The notes under the pieces were generated by a model that saw nothing but the letters and a program-made list of their open reading frames with translations, was not told the DNA's origin and searched no databases. A DNA stretch of 61,679 bases from Aquaticitalea sp. (lineage in GTDB: Bacteria; Bacteroidota; Bacteroidia; Flavobacteriales; Flavobacteriaceae), in assembly GCA_041751535.1 (NCBI GenBank), contig JBGSXJ010000083.1, positions 1 through 61,679 of the forward strand, given 5' to 3'. How positions within the stretch are numbered: position 1 is the first letter of the stretch; the number at the start of each line of letters is the position of its first letter. Below, one piece after another: positions 21,006-30,879 of the stretch. Made by a program: the position numbers and the translations under genes.

Positions 21006-22295
21006 ATGAATTCAAAGCTCATAAATGAATTGCCCGAATTGGTCAAAAATCAAGTCATTTCGGAAGATATCGCTTCAATAATCCAACAGTATTACAAATC
21101 TAAACAGGAACATTCGCCGAATAAACTATTTACTGTTTTTGGTGTGTTGGGTTCTTTACTGGTCGGATTGGGAATTATACTGATACTGGCTCACAATTGG
21201 GATGAATTTTTAAGGGTAACCAAAACTGTTTTTGCGTTTTTGCCTTTGGTTATAGGTCAACTATTTGTAGGGTATTCAATTTTTAAAAATAAAAGTTCAA
21301 CATGGAAAGAAGCTTCAGGCACATTTCTCTTTTTTGCCATAGGTTCGAGTATAGCTTTGGTAAGCCAGATTTATAATATTCCAGGCGATTTGAGTTCCTT
21401 TATACTCACATGGATTGTACTGTGTTGGCCATTGATTTACTTGTTAAAGTCGGATGTTCTGGCAATTCTCCATCTCGTATTTTCTACCTATTATGCCTGT
21501 GCTGTTGGTTATGGATTTGATTCAATGGAATCATCTCCGTGGTTGTACCTCGTTTTATTGGCAATAGCCTTACCACATTATTGGCAGGCTTTAAAATTAA
21601 GACCAAATGCTAATATCACCTCATTGATGCACTGGCTTTGGCCGTTGAGTTTGGTGATTACATTAGGCACATTTGTTTCTCAACATGGTGATTTTGGTTA
21701 TTTGATGTATGTCCTTCTATTTGGACTGTTTTATAATATTGGTAAAATTCCATATTTGGACCATCATAGTTTAAGACGCAATGGGTATTTAGTATTGGGT
21801 TCGCTGGGAACGGTTATTTTATTGTTATTGAGCAGTTTTAAATGGTTATGGGACTTTGACATCGATGCAAGTTCTATACCTTCACAAGAATTTTATATCG
21901 CTTTGATTTTGTTTATGGCCTCTTTGGTGGTTTTGGGATATTCATATTCTAAACAATGGATAAGAGGATTTAACCTCTTTCAGTATGTGTTCATTTTATT
22001 TACGATCCTGTTTTTTATTGGTATGACAAATAGCATAATCCCAACAGTGATGTCAAACATTCTTGTGTTTGCTCTAGGGGTCATGACGGTTAAAATAGGT
22101 GCTGACAAATTTCATTTTGGTATTCTCAACTATGGTTTACTCATCATTACGGCTTTGGTCGTTTGTCGATTCTTTGATACTGATATGAGTTATATAATAA
22201 GAGGCTTACTGTTTGTTATGGTTGGGATAGGATTCTTTTTAACCAATTATGTGATGCTCAAAAGACAAAAAACGCTCATTAAAATTAAAAATTAA
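21006..22295 (+). CDS. DUF2157 domain membrane protein
   Basis: L.....IS...A..I..YY, LG.LLVGLGIIL..AHNW, G.SIALVSQIYNI.G motifs; many TM helices. Confidence 0.88.
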   Translation: MNSKLINELPELVKNQVISEDIASIIQQYYKSKQEHSPNKLFTVFGVLGSLLVGLGIILILAHNWDEFLRVTKTVFAFLPLVIGQLFVGYSIFKNKSSTWKEASGTFLFFAIGSSIALVSQIYNIPGDLSSFILTWIVLCWPLIYLLKSDVLAILHLVFSTYYACAVGYGFDSMESSPWLYLVLLAIALPHYWQALKLRPNANITSLMHWLWPLSLVITLGTFVSQHGDFGYLMYVLLFGLFYNIGKIPYLDHHSLRRNGYLVLGSLGTVILLLLSSFKWLWDFDIDASSIPSQEFYIALILFMASLVVLGYSYSKQWIRGFNLFQYVFILFTILFFIGMTNSIIPTVMSNILVFALGVMTVKIGADKFHFGILNYGLLIITALVVCRFFDTDMSYIIRGLLFVMVGIGFFLTNYVMLKRQKTLIKIKN

Positions 22296-22298
22296 ATC

Positions 22299-22859
22299 AT
22301 GAAAGCAATTCACTTATTTTACATATTTATCCTCGTTATATTGGTACAATTGTATGTTCCGGCAAGGATGATTTATGATCAGGAAGACATACTAAAAACA
22401 GGAAAAGCTTTTAAGTTTAAAACCCAGCCTGTAGACCCGTCCGACCCTTTCAAAGGAAAATATATCTATCTCAATTTTGAAGCAAGCACAGTACCTTCAA
22501 TTGATTCAACTTGGATGCGTCAGGAGCTGGTTTATGTTGCAATCTCCGAGGATGATGCAGGTTTTGTAGTTGCCAAACATGTGACGAGAATGCCACCCGA
22601 GAAAGGGGATTTTGTAAAGGCAAAAGTGGGATGGTACGACAGCCAACAGAACATCTTGAATTTTTCTTTTCCTTTTAATGAATTTTATATGAATGAAGCA
22701 AAGGCCTATGATGCCGAAGTTGCCCATCGTAATGCCCAAACAGATTCTACTGCAAATGACACCTATGCGCTCGTGTATGTCAAAAATGGGGATGCCGTGT
22801 TGAGCAATGTGTTCATTAATGAAATTCCAATCGCTGATTATGTTCAAGAAGAACATTGA
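22299..22859 (+). CDS. GDYXXLXY domain protein
   Basis: N-terminal TM, L..G..F...T.PVDP.DPF.GKYIYLNF (variant motif), F..FYM.E.KA..AE; usual partner of DUF2157. Confidence 0.88.
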   Translation: MKAIHLFYIFILVILVQLYVPARMIYDQEDILKTGKAFKFKTQPVDPSDPFKGKYIYLNFEASTVPSIDSTWMRQELVYVAISEDDAGFVVAKHVTRMPPEKGDFVKAKVGWYDSQQNILNFSFPFNEFYMNEAKAYDAEVAHRNAQTDSTANDTYALVYVKNGDAVLSNVFINEIPIADYVQEEH

Positions 22860-23040
22860 TTTGATTTGAGCGAGCATTCGTAGGATTTTTAATATATTGT
22901 CAGTTGAGCTCATGAACATGTTTCATTTCCGAAGTAATTTCACAAAATATTTAAAATTGAATTGATCAAGCTGCGATGCTATTTTTTCTATCAGAATTTT
23001 CATATCTTGTGAGTGCTATTAATTATTTTTATCCCATTCC

Positions 23041-24798
23041 TTGAAAGCGATACGTTATGCCTTGCTCTTATTCCTTGTGACGCTTCACGGTCAGTTGCTA
23101 TCTCAAGAAGGTGTGACTAGTGCGGAGGCCCTCAAGAAATTTAAAGATATTTCAACTGCGATGGATACTGCCTATCCACAGGATGATATGAAAACTTTTC
23201 AAAGATCCTCGTTTTCAGAATCGCAGTTAGAAACGTATTTATCGCAACTTTTCCAACGTATGGATTTGATTCCTTTCATCGAAGGCCATCATAAGCTTAA
23301 GCTAGAAAGTTATCTGCACGCCGCAAATTGGTTTACCGCAATGGGATTGATTAAAGAGTCTGTCCATGCTTATAAGGCATTCTTTGAATACTTTAACAAC
23401 AGCAAATATGATTTGACAGAACAAGAACGATTGGAGTTTTTCAGGACACGGTCTTTTGCATACAGTGAGCTTGCAAAGAATTACGAACAGTTAAATTATC
23501 TTGATAGTGCAGCTGTAGAGCATATGCGCAATATCAAATTGACAAAAACCATCAATTCTATTTCATATCCTTCAGCAATAAACAATTACGGATTGTTCTT
23601 CTATTGGACCAAAAAAGAGCCCGACTCGGCATTGATATATTTTGAAAAGGCTTATCAAATAACCGAACAGCAATATCCGAAACATATTTTATTAGGCAGT
23701 ATCCGAGACAACATTGCCGACATTTATTCAGAAAAAGGACAATTTCAAAAAGCGATGCAGCGCTACGATGCTAATTTTGACTTCTATTCTCATACTATTG
23801 ATTATGATCAAACCCAAACATTAGACGTCCCTAGGCTTGTGAGCGCAGGAGTACAATATGTGGAAATGGCGCTAAAATTGGAAGAACTTAAAGATGCCAA
23901 AAATGGTATTCAAAGATTGTATACAATTATAAAAGATAAGAATTTAAATATGTCGAACCATTCCAATTCTAGGTTGGCTATTTTGGAGGTTCAAGAAAAA
24001 TATTATGTTGCAAACCAGCAGTTTAAGGAGGGTTATGCTGTGTCAAAAGAAGTTAGGCATTTATCGGACAGCCTTCTGAATCTAAAGGCAATGACCGATA
24101 CGCAATGGCAAACGGTTCTCAATGACATTGTGCTTGACAGGGCCAAGCTCAATTTTAAAATAGATCGCATTCAAAAGGAAAATAAAATCAGTAAACAGCA
24201 GTCCAACTTATGGATTTCAACCTTGTTGTCTTCCTTAATGATCATTCTCCTATTGTCATTATTTCTGCGAAGAAGACAGCATCTTATCAATGCCAAAAAT
24301 AAGCAGCTTTTGGCAGAGCAGCAGCTTGAAAATACTGCGTTAAAAGTAAAGCAGCTCAATTCCGAAATTAAATCCAAAGAGCGAGATATGTCCGATTTTG
24401 CCATTAACCTTACGCAAAATCAGGATTGGGCAAAGTTTTTGGCAGAGAAGATTCAATCAATCAAAACAGCTTCCACTGCACAAAGAGAACTTCTGATATC
24501 GGATCTAGAGGTGGAAATACAAAATAAAATTGCATTTGATAGCGATACAAGTGTATTTTATGAGCGTTTGGACAAACTTAGTGATGCCTTTTATAAAAAA
24601 CTCAATGATAAGTTCCCCAATTTGAGTAAAAATGAAATCCGATTATGTTCGCTCATCCGATTAAAAATGGAGAGCTCGCATATTGCTACCTTGCAAAATA
24701 TTACGCAATCTTCACTAAATACAAGTCGCTACCGTCTTCGCAAAAAGCTGAATCTTAATGATGATGTCAATCTCGATGACTTTATTCAGGGATTATAA
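23041..24798 (+). CDS. Membrane-spanning sensor-regulator: periplasmic TPR, TM, coiled coil, LuxR-type HTH
   Basis: TTG start, signal peptide, TPRs (NNYG..DSAL.YF.KA), one TM, C-terminal FP.LS.NE.RLC.LIRL...IA....T..S..T.RYRLRKKL.L. Confidence 0.88.
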   Translation: MKAIRYALLLFLVTLHGQLLSQEGVTSAEALKKFKDISTAMDTAYPQDDMKTFQRSSFSESQLETYLSQLFQRMDLIPFIEGHHKLKLESYLHAANWFTAMGLIKESVHAYKAFFEYFNNSKYDLTEQERLEFFRTRSFAYSELAKNYEQLNYLDSAAVEHMRNIKLTKTINSISYPSAINNYGLFFYWTKKEPDSALIYFEKAYQITEQQYPKHILLGSIRDNIADIYSEKGQFQKAMQRYDANFDFYSHTIDYDQTQTLDVPRLVSAGVQYVEMALKLEELKDAKNGIQRLYTIIKDKNLNMSNHSNSRLAILEVQEKYYVANQQFKEGYAVSKEVRHLSDSLLNLKAMTDTQWQTVLNDIVLDRAKLNFKIDRIQKENKISKQQSNLWISTLLSSLMIILLLSLFLRRRQHLINAKNKQLLAEQQLENTALKVKQLNSEIKSKERDMSDFAINLTQNQDWAKFLAEKIQSIKTASTAQRELLISDLEVEIQNKIAFDSDTSVFYERLDKLSDAFYKKLNDKFPNLSKNEIRLCSLIRLKMESSHIATLQNITQSSLNTSRYRLRKKLNLNDDVNLDDFIQGL

Positions 24799-24852
24799 TA
24801 CAGGCCTATCTTCTTTTAGTATCCATCAAAAAATACAGCCTTATTTTTATGT

Positions 24853-24892
24853 TGTCTATTAATTGTCTATAGCTTGTGTATTACGTGTCTAT
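24853..24892 (+). promoter_or_regulatory. Four tandem TGT(C/G)TAT boxes at 11-bp period, putative operator
   Basis: TGTCTAT at 24853, 24864 and 24886, TGTGTAT at 24875; TAAGTTTG promoter element at 24917-24924. Confidence 0.7.
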
Positions 24893-25032
24893 ATGAAAAT
24901 CAATGAGTTAGTTGAATAAGTTTGTAATTTGGCACTGTTGGAAAAGTAATAACAATTTCATTATTGTATCCTCTAAAAGACATTGAATATCAAATAGCAT
25001 TAACCGTTTATTAACTCATAAATTTTAATCAC

Positions 25033-25563
25033 ATGAAAACTTGTATTCTTGGTTTAGTATTTTTAGGACTCACCAACCTAATGCAATCACAAAATGATTT
25101 CGCTGCAGTAAATGTAGACCTATCAAACTATGATCTTCCTGTAAGCTCATCAAAAATCGCTAAAAATGAGTCGTATAGCAAGAGCGTTGATGCGCCGATA
25201 GCGTCAGAGCGTATTAAAAAATTTCAGGCCCTCGTAGCTAATTATGATATTAGGAATTCAGATGTCTACGACGCTAAATCGTCTTCAACCTACACAGTGG
25301 TTTTTACTGAAGGTGTAAATACCATCAAAGCTCTTTTCGACCAAAGCGGAACGATTATTAATTGTGAAGAATCATTTCAAAATGTCCGCCTACCTCATTC
25401 ACTTGGAGTACAGCTTTCAAAGGAGCATCCAGGCTGGTCGTTTCATGAGGTATGGTGTCATGTAGATTATAATGTCAATACCCTCGCAGAGATCAAATAT
25501 AAAGTGGCCCTAAAAAAAGGCAGTAAAATAAAAACAGTCACCCTTAATACTCAAAATCTATAA
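25033..25563 (+). CDS. Secreted hypothetical protein (PepSY/BLIP-like Flavobacteriaceae family)
   Basis: Signal peptide MKT..LGL.FLGLT; Y.V.F..G...A.FD..G.I....E.F.NV.LP......HPGW pattern. Confidence 0.75.
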   Translation: MKTCILGLVFLGLTNLMQSQNDFAAVNVDLSNYDLPVSSSKIAKNESYSKSVDAPIASERIKKFQALVANYDIRNSDVYDAKSSSTYTVVFTEGVNTIKALFDQSGTIINCEESFQNVRLPHSLGVQLSKEHPGWSFHEVWCHVDYNVNTLAEIKYKVALKKGSKIKTVTLNTQNL

Positions 25564-25594
25564 TTATGGATTAATAGCCACCCAATTTTGAAAA

Positions 25595-25627
25595 GGCAGC
25601 AGGTTTCTAAAACTTGCTGCTTGTTTT
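25595..25627 (+). terminator. Terminator
   Basis: GGCAGCAGGTTT/AAACTTGCTGCT hairpin followed by a T-rich tail. Confidence 0.6.
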
Positions 25628-25695
25628 GGGACAAACACATTTCATATGTAGATTATCTAGAAATAATATAAAGTGAGCATTCAAAGTTTACTAAA

Positions 25696-25727
25696 AAAAA
25701 TGCTTCAAGTTATCTTGAAGCATTTTT
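25696..25727 (-). terminator. Terminator of the metalloprotease gene
   Basis: Perfect AAAAATGCTTCAAG/CTTGAAGCATTTTT inverted repeat. Confidence 0.8.
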
Positions 25728-25751
25728 ATATTTTCTAAAGGAATAATGAAC

Positions 25752-28256
25752 TTATCCTTTTGGATTTAATATCGCATCGATACGTTCTAATGCATCTTGC
25801 AAATGTATTCTGCTCATTGCATCACCAGCACGTCCCACACCAGAACGGATAGCGCTTTCAAGGGTTTTTAATTCTGCCCTTGTTACCGCCCTGATATCCG
25901 ATTGACTCACATCTACGTTGGTTCTAGACACAAAACGTCTGACTTGTGCAGGAACCTGTGGTTGATCTTTAGTCATTAAATATTCCATTCTATCTATGTA
26001 AGCCCGTTGGAGGTTTCTTCTGTAAGGATCGATACTTCTTCCACTGTTCAATTCGCTAAAAATACCTTTTCGTAGATCTTGCATCATATTGAGCAAACTG
26101 TATGCTTTAGTTCCATTGATAGTTTCATTTTCGCTCATACGCGCCATGCTGCCAAAATCAAGAACGCTATTTAGCGTTCGGGTTTGCATATTTCGTATGC
26201 GCTCAATATTTCCTGCGCTTTCAATCTTGTTAAAGATATTGTTGTCAATCAGCCATTCTGGAGTTTCGAACAATTGCTTGTGAAGAAAATCAAGAGCTTC
26301 TTTTTGCTTTGCTTTATCAACGTGCGTATAGACTGCTCCATCTTGGTCATAGGTTTTGTAATATTCGTATACACCACCAATATTGGAGGATACATGTCCC
26401 ATATATCTGTTGAACTGACCTAATAATTGGCCATACATGGTTTCCAAATCGTCATAATTCTTGCCATCTTCGGAGGTCCATTTGATGAGGTTTGGCATAA
26501 TGCGTTTCATGTTTGCAATACCATACATACTAGCTTTCATAGCATCGTCACCTAAATCTTCTGTTTGGCTGCTTGGGTCAATGACGCCTCCACTTTGTTG
26601 TCTTCCAAAACGGTACATTGGGTCGCCAGCATGTTTTAGAATCCAGCCATCCAAGGTTTTCTTTTCATCATCAGCTGTTTTGGCATCCAAAATTGGTCTG
26701 TAGCCCCATTCAATCGAATACTTGTCATAAATACCGATGTTTGGCATTAATGCAACACCTTTGTCTTCTGGTTGCGCTACGTAATTAAAACGCGCATAAT
26801 CCATAATTGAAGGAGCTGTTCCATATTTTGCGGTAAAAGTTGCACTTCTTAAACTATCTACAGGATATGCTACGCTGCTTCCCATGTTATGGGGCAAACC
26901 TAGCGTATGGCCAACTTCATGTGCAGATACAAAACGAATCAATCGGCCCATAATTTCATCTTTAAACTTTACACCTTGAGCATCAGGATTAATGGCAGAT
27001 GTTTGCACAAAATACCAATTACGAAGTAATGACATCACGTTATGGTACCAGTTAATGTCACTTTCCAAAATTTCACCACTTCTTGGGTCACTTACGTGAG
27101 GGCCATTGGCATTAGGAATAGGTGAGGCCAAATAGCGCACTACAGAATACCTTGCGTCTTCTGGGCTCCACTCTGGATCTTCCTCAACAGTTGGAGGATC
27201 TTTGGCGATTATGGCATTTTTAAATCCGGCTGCTTCAAAAGCTACTTGCCAATCTTCTATACCTTCTTTAATGTATTTTCTCCATTTGTCTGGTGTGGCC
27301 CTGTCGATATAATAGACAATTTGTTTTTTTGGTTCTACCAATTCACCTCTCTTAAACTTTTCGATATCCTCATCCTTCAATTCCAAACGCCATCTATCAA
27401 GATATCTCACTGTTTTGCTTTCCTGTACATCCAATCCATAATCAATCTGTCCACTTGTAAACCATCCAACACGTTGGTCAAACATTCGGCGTTTCATCGG
27501 CACTTTTGGAAGAAGCACCATGGAATTATTCATCTCCAAAGAAATGGTCCCTGTTTCTGAACTTGATGGTGGCTCGCCAGCATTGTACGTTTTTACATGT
27601 CGTGATTCAATATTGGTTGGGTAACTTTTTATACTCTCTATAAATGATAAATCATTTTCCAATCGGGTGACTTTATAGTTTTTTCTTGTTCTTTCAGGAA
27701 GTCCGAGCGGTTTGACATCTTTGGTGAAAAGATCTGTAACATCAATTACTGTGCTTAATGAATCTTTACCGAATGCCTTAATAGGGAAGGTAAATAAAAT
27801 AGGTTCAAAATTGGAATTTACCACTGCTTCATAAATAGGAAGCGAATCTGCTGCCACCGAATTGTAAGATACAATACGAAGCACCACTCTTTTGTCCTTT
27901 TTTTGCCAACGCAAGACAGACTCATCTTGTTTTCCTCCGCCAAATCCCAGGCCACTGGCCGTCTTTGCTATACGTGTCACCATTAGCATTTCGCGCTCAA
28001 AAAGCGAATCAGGGATTTCATAAAAATAACTTTCGGCTATTTTATGAACTTTAAATAGGCCATCATCAGTTTTGGCTTCTTTGGTAATGACTTTATCATA
28101 AGGTTGAATGTCATCTTTTCCTGGTTTTTTGGTTGCTGCTGCATCCGCACTAGCGCTGGCATTGGTGTTGGATTTTCCTGCTTTCTTTGCGGTAGAACAC
28201 GACATCACAACGAATATCGATAACAAAAACAAGATTTTAGTAGTTAGTTGTTTCAA
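25752..28256 (-). CDS. Zinc-dependent metalloprotease lipoprotein (DUF5117/DUF5118 plus metzincin domain)
   Basis: TTG start, lipobox MSC; HEVGHTLGLPHN, Met-turn SIMDY, DPRSGEILESDI, YDKY.I.WGY. Confidence 0.93.
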   Translation of the reverse strand: MKQLTTKILFLLSIFVVMSCSTAKKAGKSNTNASASADAAATKKPGKDDIQPYDKVITKEAKTDDGLFKVHKIAESYFYEIPDSLFEREMLMVTRIAKTASGLGFGGGKQDESVLRWQKKDKRVVLRIVSYNSVAADSLPIYEAVVNSNFEPILFTFPIKAFGKDSLSTVIDVTDLFTKDVKPLGLPERTRKNYKVTRLENDLSFIESIKSYPTNIESRHVKTYNAGEPPSSSETGTISLEMNNSMVLLPKVPMKRRMFDQRVGWFTSGQIDYGLDVQESKTVRYLDRWRLELKDEDIEKFKRGELVEPKKQIVYYIDRATPDKWRKYIKEGIEDWQVAFEAAGFKNAIIAKDPPTVEEDPEWSPEDARYSVVRYLASPIPNANGPHVSDPRSGEILESDINWYHNVMSLLRNWYFVQTSAINPDAQGVKFKDEIMGRLIRFVSAHEVGHTLGLPHNMGSSVAYPVDSLRSATFTAKYGTAPSIMDYARFNYVAQPEDKGVALMPNIGIYDKYSIEWGYRPILDAKTADDEKKTLDGWILKHAGDPMYRFGRQQSGGVIDPSSQTEDLGDDAMKASMYGIANMKRIMPNLIKWTSEDGKNYDDLETMYGQLLGQFNRYMGHVSSNIGGVYEYYKTYDQDGAVYTHVDKAKQKEALDFLHKQLFETPEWLIDNNIFNKIESAGNIERIRNMQTRTLNSVLDFGSMARMSENETINGTKAYSLLNMMQDLRKGIFSELNSGRSIDPYRRNLQRAYIDRMEYLMTKDQPQVPAQVRRFVSRTNVDVSQSDIRAVTRAELKTLESAIRSGVGRAGDAMSRIHLQDALERIDAILNPKG

Positions 28257-28438
28257 AATTATTAAATTTTTAAATTAAGCATGTAAAATAAGTAAACTTT
28301 AAATGTAAAGAGGAGTTGCGGATCAATTTAAGATTTTTTTAACTATCAAAAATAATAGGTAAGAATTGTAGGCAGGGCGTCTTTTATTTAAACCCTATAC
28401 TCAATCATATCCCTAACAACTTTTTAGAAATTTGATTA

Positions 28439-29695
28439 TTAATCTAAAGACTGTAAATAATTAACAATCAAATCCACTGCTTCGGCATGGGGAGTCGTTA
28501 CGCCAATAAATGGCATGCTATAATCTTGGACAGAGGTCTGAATACGAGCCATGATACTATAGCGCAGCTGATAGATGTTGGAAGCGTCAAATGGAACTTC
28601 ATAATTTAAGTGCATCGCTTCATAATAGTTAACATTATGAAAACCACCAGAAGTATGGCAATGTGCACAATTGACATCCATATAAGCCCGCATCCTCACT
28701 TCATCAGTTAAGTTTTCATCCCGCCAGTTGGGTAAAGTGCTTAGGCTTGATGGTGCAGGTGAATTAGTTAAATGACCATTGTTTATGAATTTTTGAAGTT
28801 GGTTGACTCCATTTAAATTAAAATTCATAGTTCTTAATTTTGGTCCAATGAGTGTTGGTTGGCTATTGGATTGATGACAGGTAAAGCAATCTGTCTGTGA
28901 AGGTATTTTATAGGTAACACTTTTATTGACGCCATTTGCATCTATCCAACTTACAGGGATTGTTGAACCATTTGGATCGAGTGTGGCCTCTGTCTGTTGA
29001 GCGTTCCAAACATAGTCGCCGAATTCCCAAACGCCATTGATTTTGATCATCACGCGGGTTTCAATTATTTTTTTATTTGAAGAAGGTTCTCGGTCATCCT
29101 CATTATAAAAGAATGTTTTTGCAATAACAGTATTATCTGGAAAATCCGGTAATCCTTCGCCTAGATACTGCATAGTTTGGCCCGAAGGTAATGCAATAAT
29201 GCGGTGTTTGGAAGCGTAATCCGAATACAGTTCGGTATTAAGTTTATACTCAAATGCATAAGGACTTGGGCTCAAATCACTCAAGTTGCCTTGAAACAAA
29301 TTCATTGCTGATAAAGTAGCACTAAACACCGTCGACACTGGTGGCGACAAAGTAGTAAAGGTGTTTACATTAGAAAACAGACTTACGTTATTGGTGCTAC
29401 AAACAGCTTGGACATAATAGTCGTAAGACATGTTAACCATTAGTCCAGTTACGGTTATAGATTCTGTATTACTAGTAACGACAGCTCCATTACCACGCAG
29501 AAAACCAGAGAATCCATACTCGATTTTATAACTTTCAGCGCCAGTAGAGGTCCAATTGAGTACCGCGCTTTGGTGTGTTAAATTGACTTCGGTGAAATTG
29601 TTAGGAACTTCACATTGAGAAACCACTATTTCATCGTCTTTTTGGCAAGACATAAGCAGCAGCAATAGAACCGCCAATAAATTAATTTTTTTCAT
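28439..29695 (-). CDS. Lipoprotein with fibronectin type III domain and diheme c-type cytochrome (SO2930-like)
   Basis: Start moved to MKKINLL; lipobox MSC; Fn3 (L.W..Y.IEYG..GL....YD.YV.A.C); LYSDYA.K.R, IAKTFFY, IETR; haem motifs CFTCH and CAHCH; distal MP. Confidence 0.82.
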   Translation of the reverse strand: MKKINLLAVLLLLLMSCQKDDEIVVSQCEVPNNFTEVNLTHQSAVLNWTSTGAESYKIEYGFSGFLRGNGAVVTSNTESITVTGLMVNMSYDYYVQAVCSTNNVSLFSNVNTFTTLSPPVSTVFSATLSAMNLFQGNLSDLSPSPYAFEYKLNTELYSDYASKHRIIALPSGQTMQYLGEGLPDFPDNTVIAKTFFYNEDDREPSSNKKIIETRVMIKINGVWEFGDYVWNAQQTEATLDPNGSTIPVSWIDANGVNKSVTYKIPSQTDCFTCHQSNSQPTLIGPKLRTMNFNLNGVNQLQKFINNGHLTNSPAPSSLSTLPNWRDENLTDEVRMRAYMDVNCAHCHTSGGFHNVNYYEAMHLNYEVPFDASNIYQLRYSIMARIQTSVQDYSMPFIGVTTPHAEAVDLIVNYLQSLD

Positions 29696-29800
29696 TAGGG
29701 AGTATTCTTCCAGATTAATAGCCAGATGTGAAAATACTAAAAAAGTTGACACATCAAAGATTAAAAATGTTTAATGGTGAAATTATTATTGTTAAGTAAC

Positions 29801-30283
29801 TTAAAATGAATTTTCTAGATCATTGATTTGCATTTGGTAGTCAAACTGTAAATCTTCATGGAGGGTGGCCACAATTTTTTTGATGGAAAGCAATTGCCTC
29901 TTGTAAATGTTCATTAAGGTTGTGTTGTGTTTTATGGACGGCTTGAATTCTCGTAGCATCGAACAGAAATGCAGCAATAGCTCAACTTCAGTTTCCTTTT
30001 TTGATGAATAACGACTAAATTTTTTGATAAGTCTCAAAATCTTCCTAACACTCTTCTTAATGTAATGAAAGCTGCTGGTGTTTATGTTGTCGAACTGTAA
30101 ATTGACTTCTAATTTGACGCTTTCAATATAGCCTTCTTCATCTGATGACTCAAATAAAAGGTAGGTAAGAAGTTCTTTATTTTCCTTTTTGAATTTTGAT
30201 AAACGCAGGCAGAGATCTACGAGCTCGATGTGAGTACAAGTATCTAGATCTTTCTTGAGTTGATTAACGGTTACAGCTTTCAT
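29801..30283 (-). CDS. Conserved hypothetical protein
   Basis: LCLRLSKFKKENKELLTYLLFES, KKSVRKILR, LHEDLQ.DY; helical and cytoplasmic. Confidence 0.8.
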   Translation of the reverse strand: MKAVTVNQLKKDLDTCTHIELVDLCLRLSKFKKENKELLTYLLFESSDEEGYIESVKLEVNLQFDNINTSSFHYIKKSVRKILRLIKKFSRYSSKKETEVELLLHFCSMLREFKPSIKHNTTLMNIYKRQLLSIKKIVATLHEDLQFDYQMQINDLENSF

Positions 30284-30420
30284 TTCACAAAACTACTCAT
30301 TTTGTTGCGTTAATTCTCAATAAATCCGATGTTGGAAGCCTCGGACTTATATAAACAAATAGAGGAATCCGTTCGGAAATAACCGTATTGAAAGAAAAAA
30401 AATTAAAACAAAGAGTTGTT

Positions 30421-30879
30421 TTAGTCTATCGAACTCATTGTTAATTCCTGTTTAATCAGTTCCATGCCTTTTGCATAAAATAGATCTGACTGGTAAAACT
30501 TTAAAGAAGTTTTTTGGTCGCTTATGTTTGCTTTGCGAGCAGAGACATTGACGTATCGAGCCTTACAATTGTTCAAATTTGCGAGAAGTAATTCGTCTAA
30601 TTCATCTCCACCATCAGAAACATCTGTGATAAGGACTAATAAATAGTTTTCGATTTTCCAAGTGCCTTTAGCCTTTGATCTTTTTATAGATTCTTGTCCT
30701 AAAAACTTTTTGTTGGTGTAAAACGTAAAGGAATTATCCGGTTCTAATGTGAGTGTATAGGCCACAAATTCACCAGATGGAGATTCCCATTTATTGGTGT
30801 AAGTTCCGTCAATTGATTGAGATTTTGCAGATATGAAAATGCTGCAAGTCATTACAATACAAAGTAATATTGTTTTCAT
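30421..30879 (-). CDS. Secreted hypothetical protein (lipocalin/NlpE-like beta fold)
   Basis: Signal peptide; GTY...YTLTL.PD..F.F...KGTW. Confidence 0.7.
   Translation of the reverse strand: MKTILLCIVMTCSIFISAKSQSIDGTYTNKWESPSGEFVAYTLTLEPDNSFTFYTNKKFLGQESIKRSKAKGTWKIENYLLVLITDVSDGGDELDELLLANLNNCKARYVNVSARKANISDQKTSLKFYQSDLFYAKGMELIKQELTMSSID

Noticed and set aside
24853-24892. Repeats as a CRISPR array or iterons
   Set aside because: 7-bp units with 4-bp spacers are far too short for CRISPR, and no cas or rep gene is present
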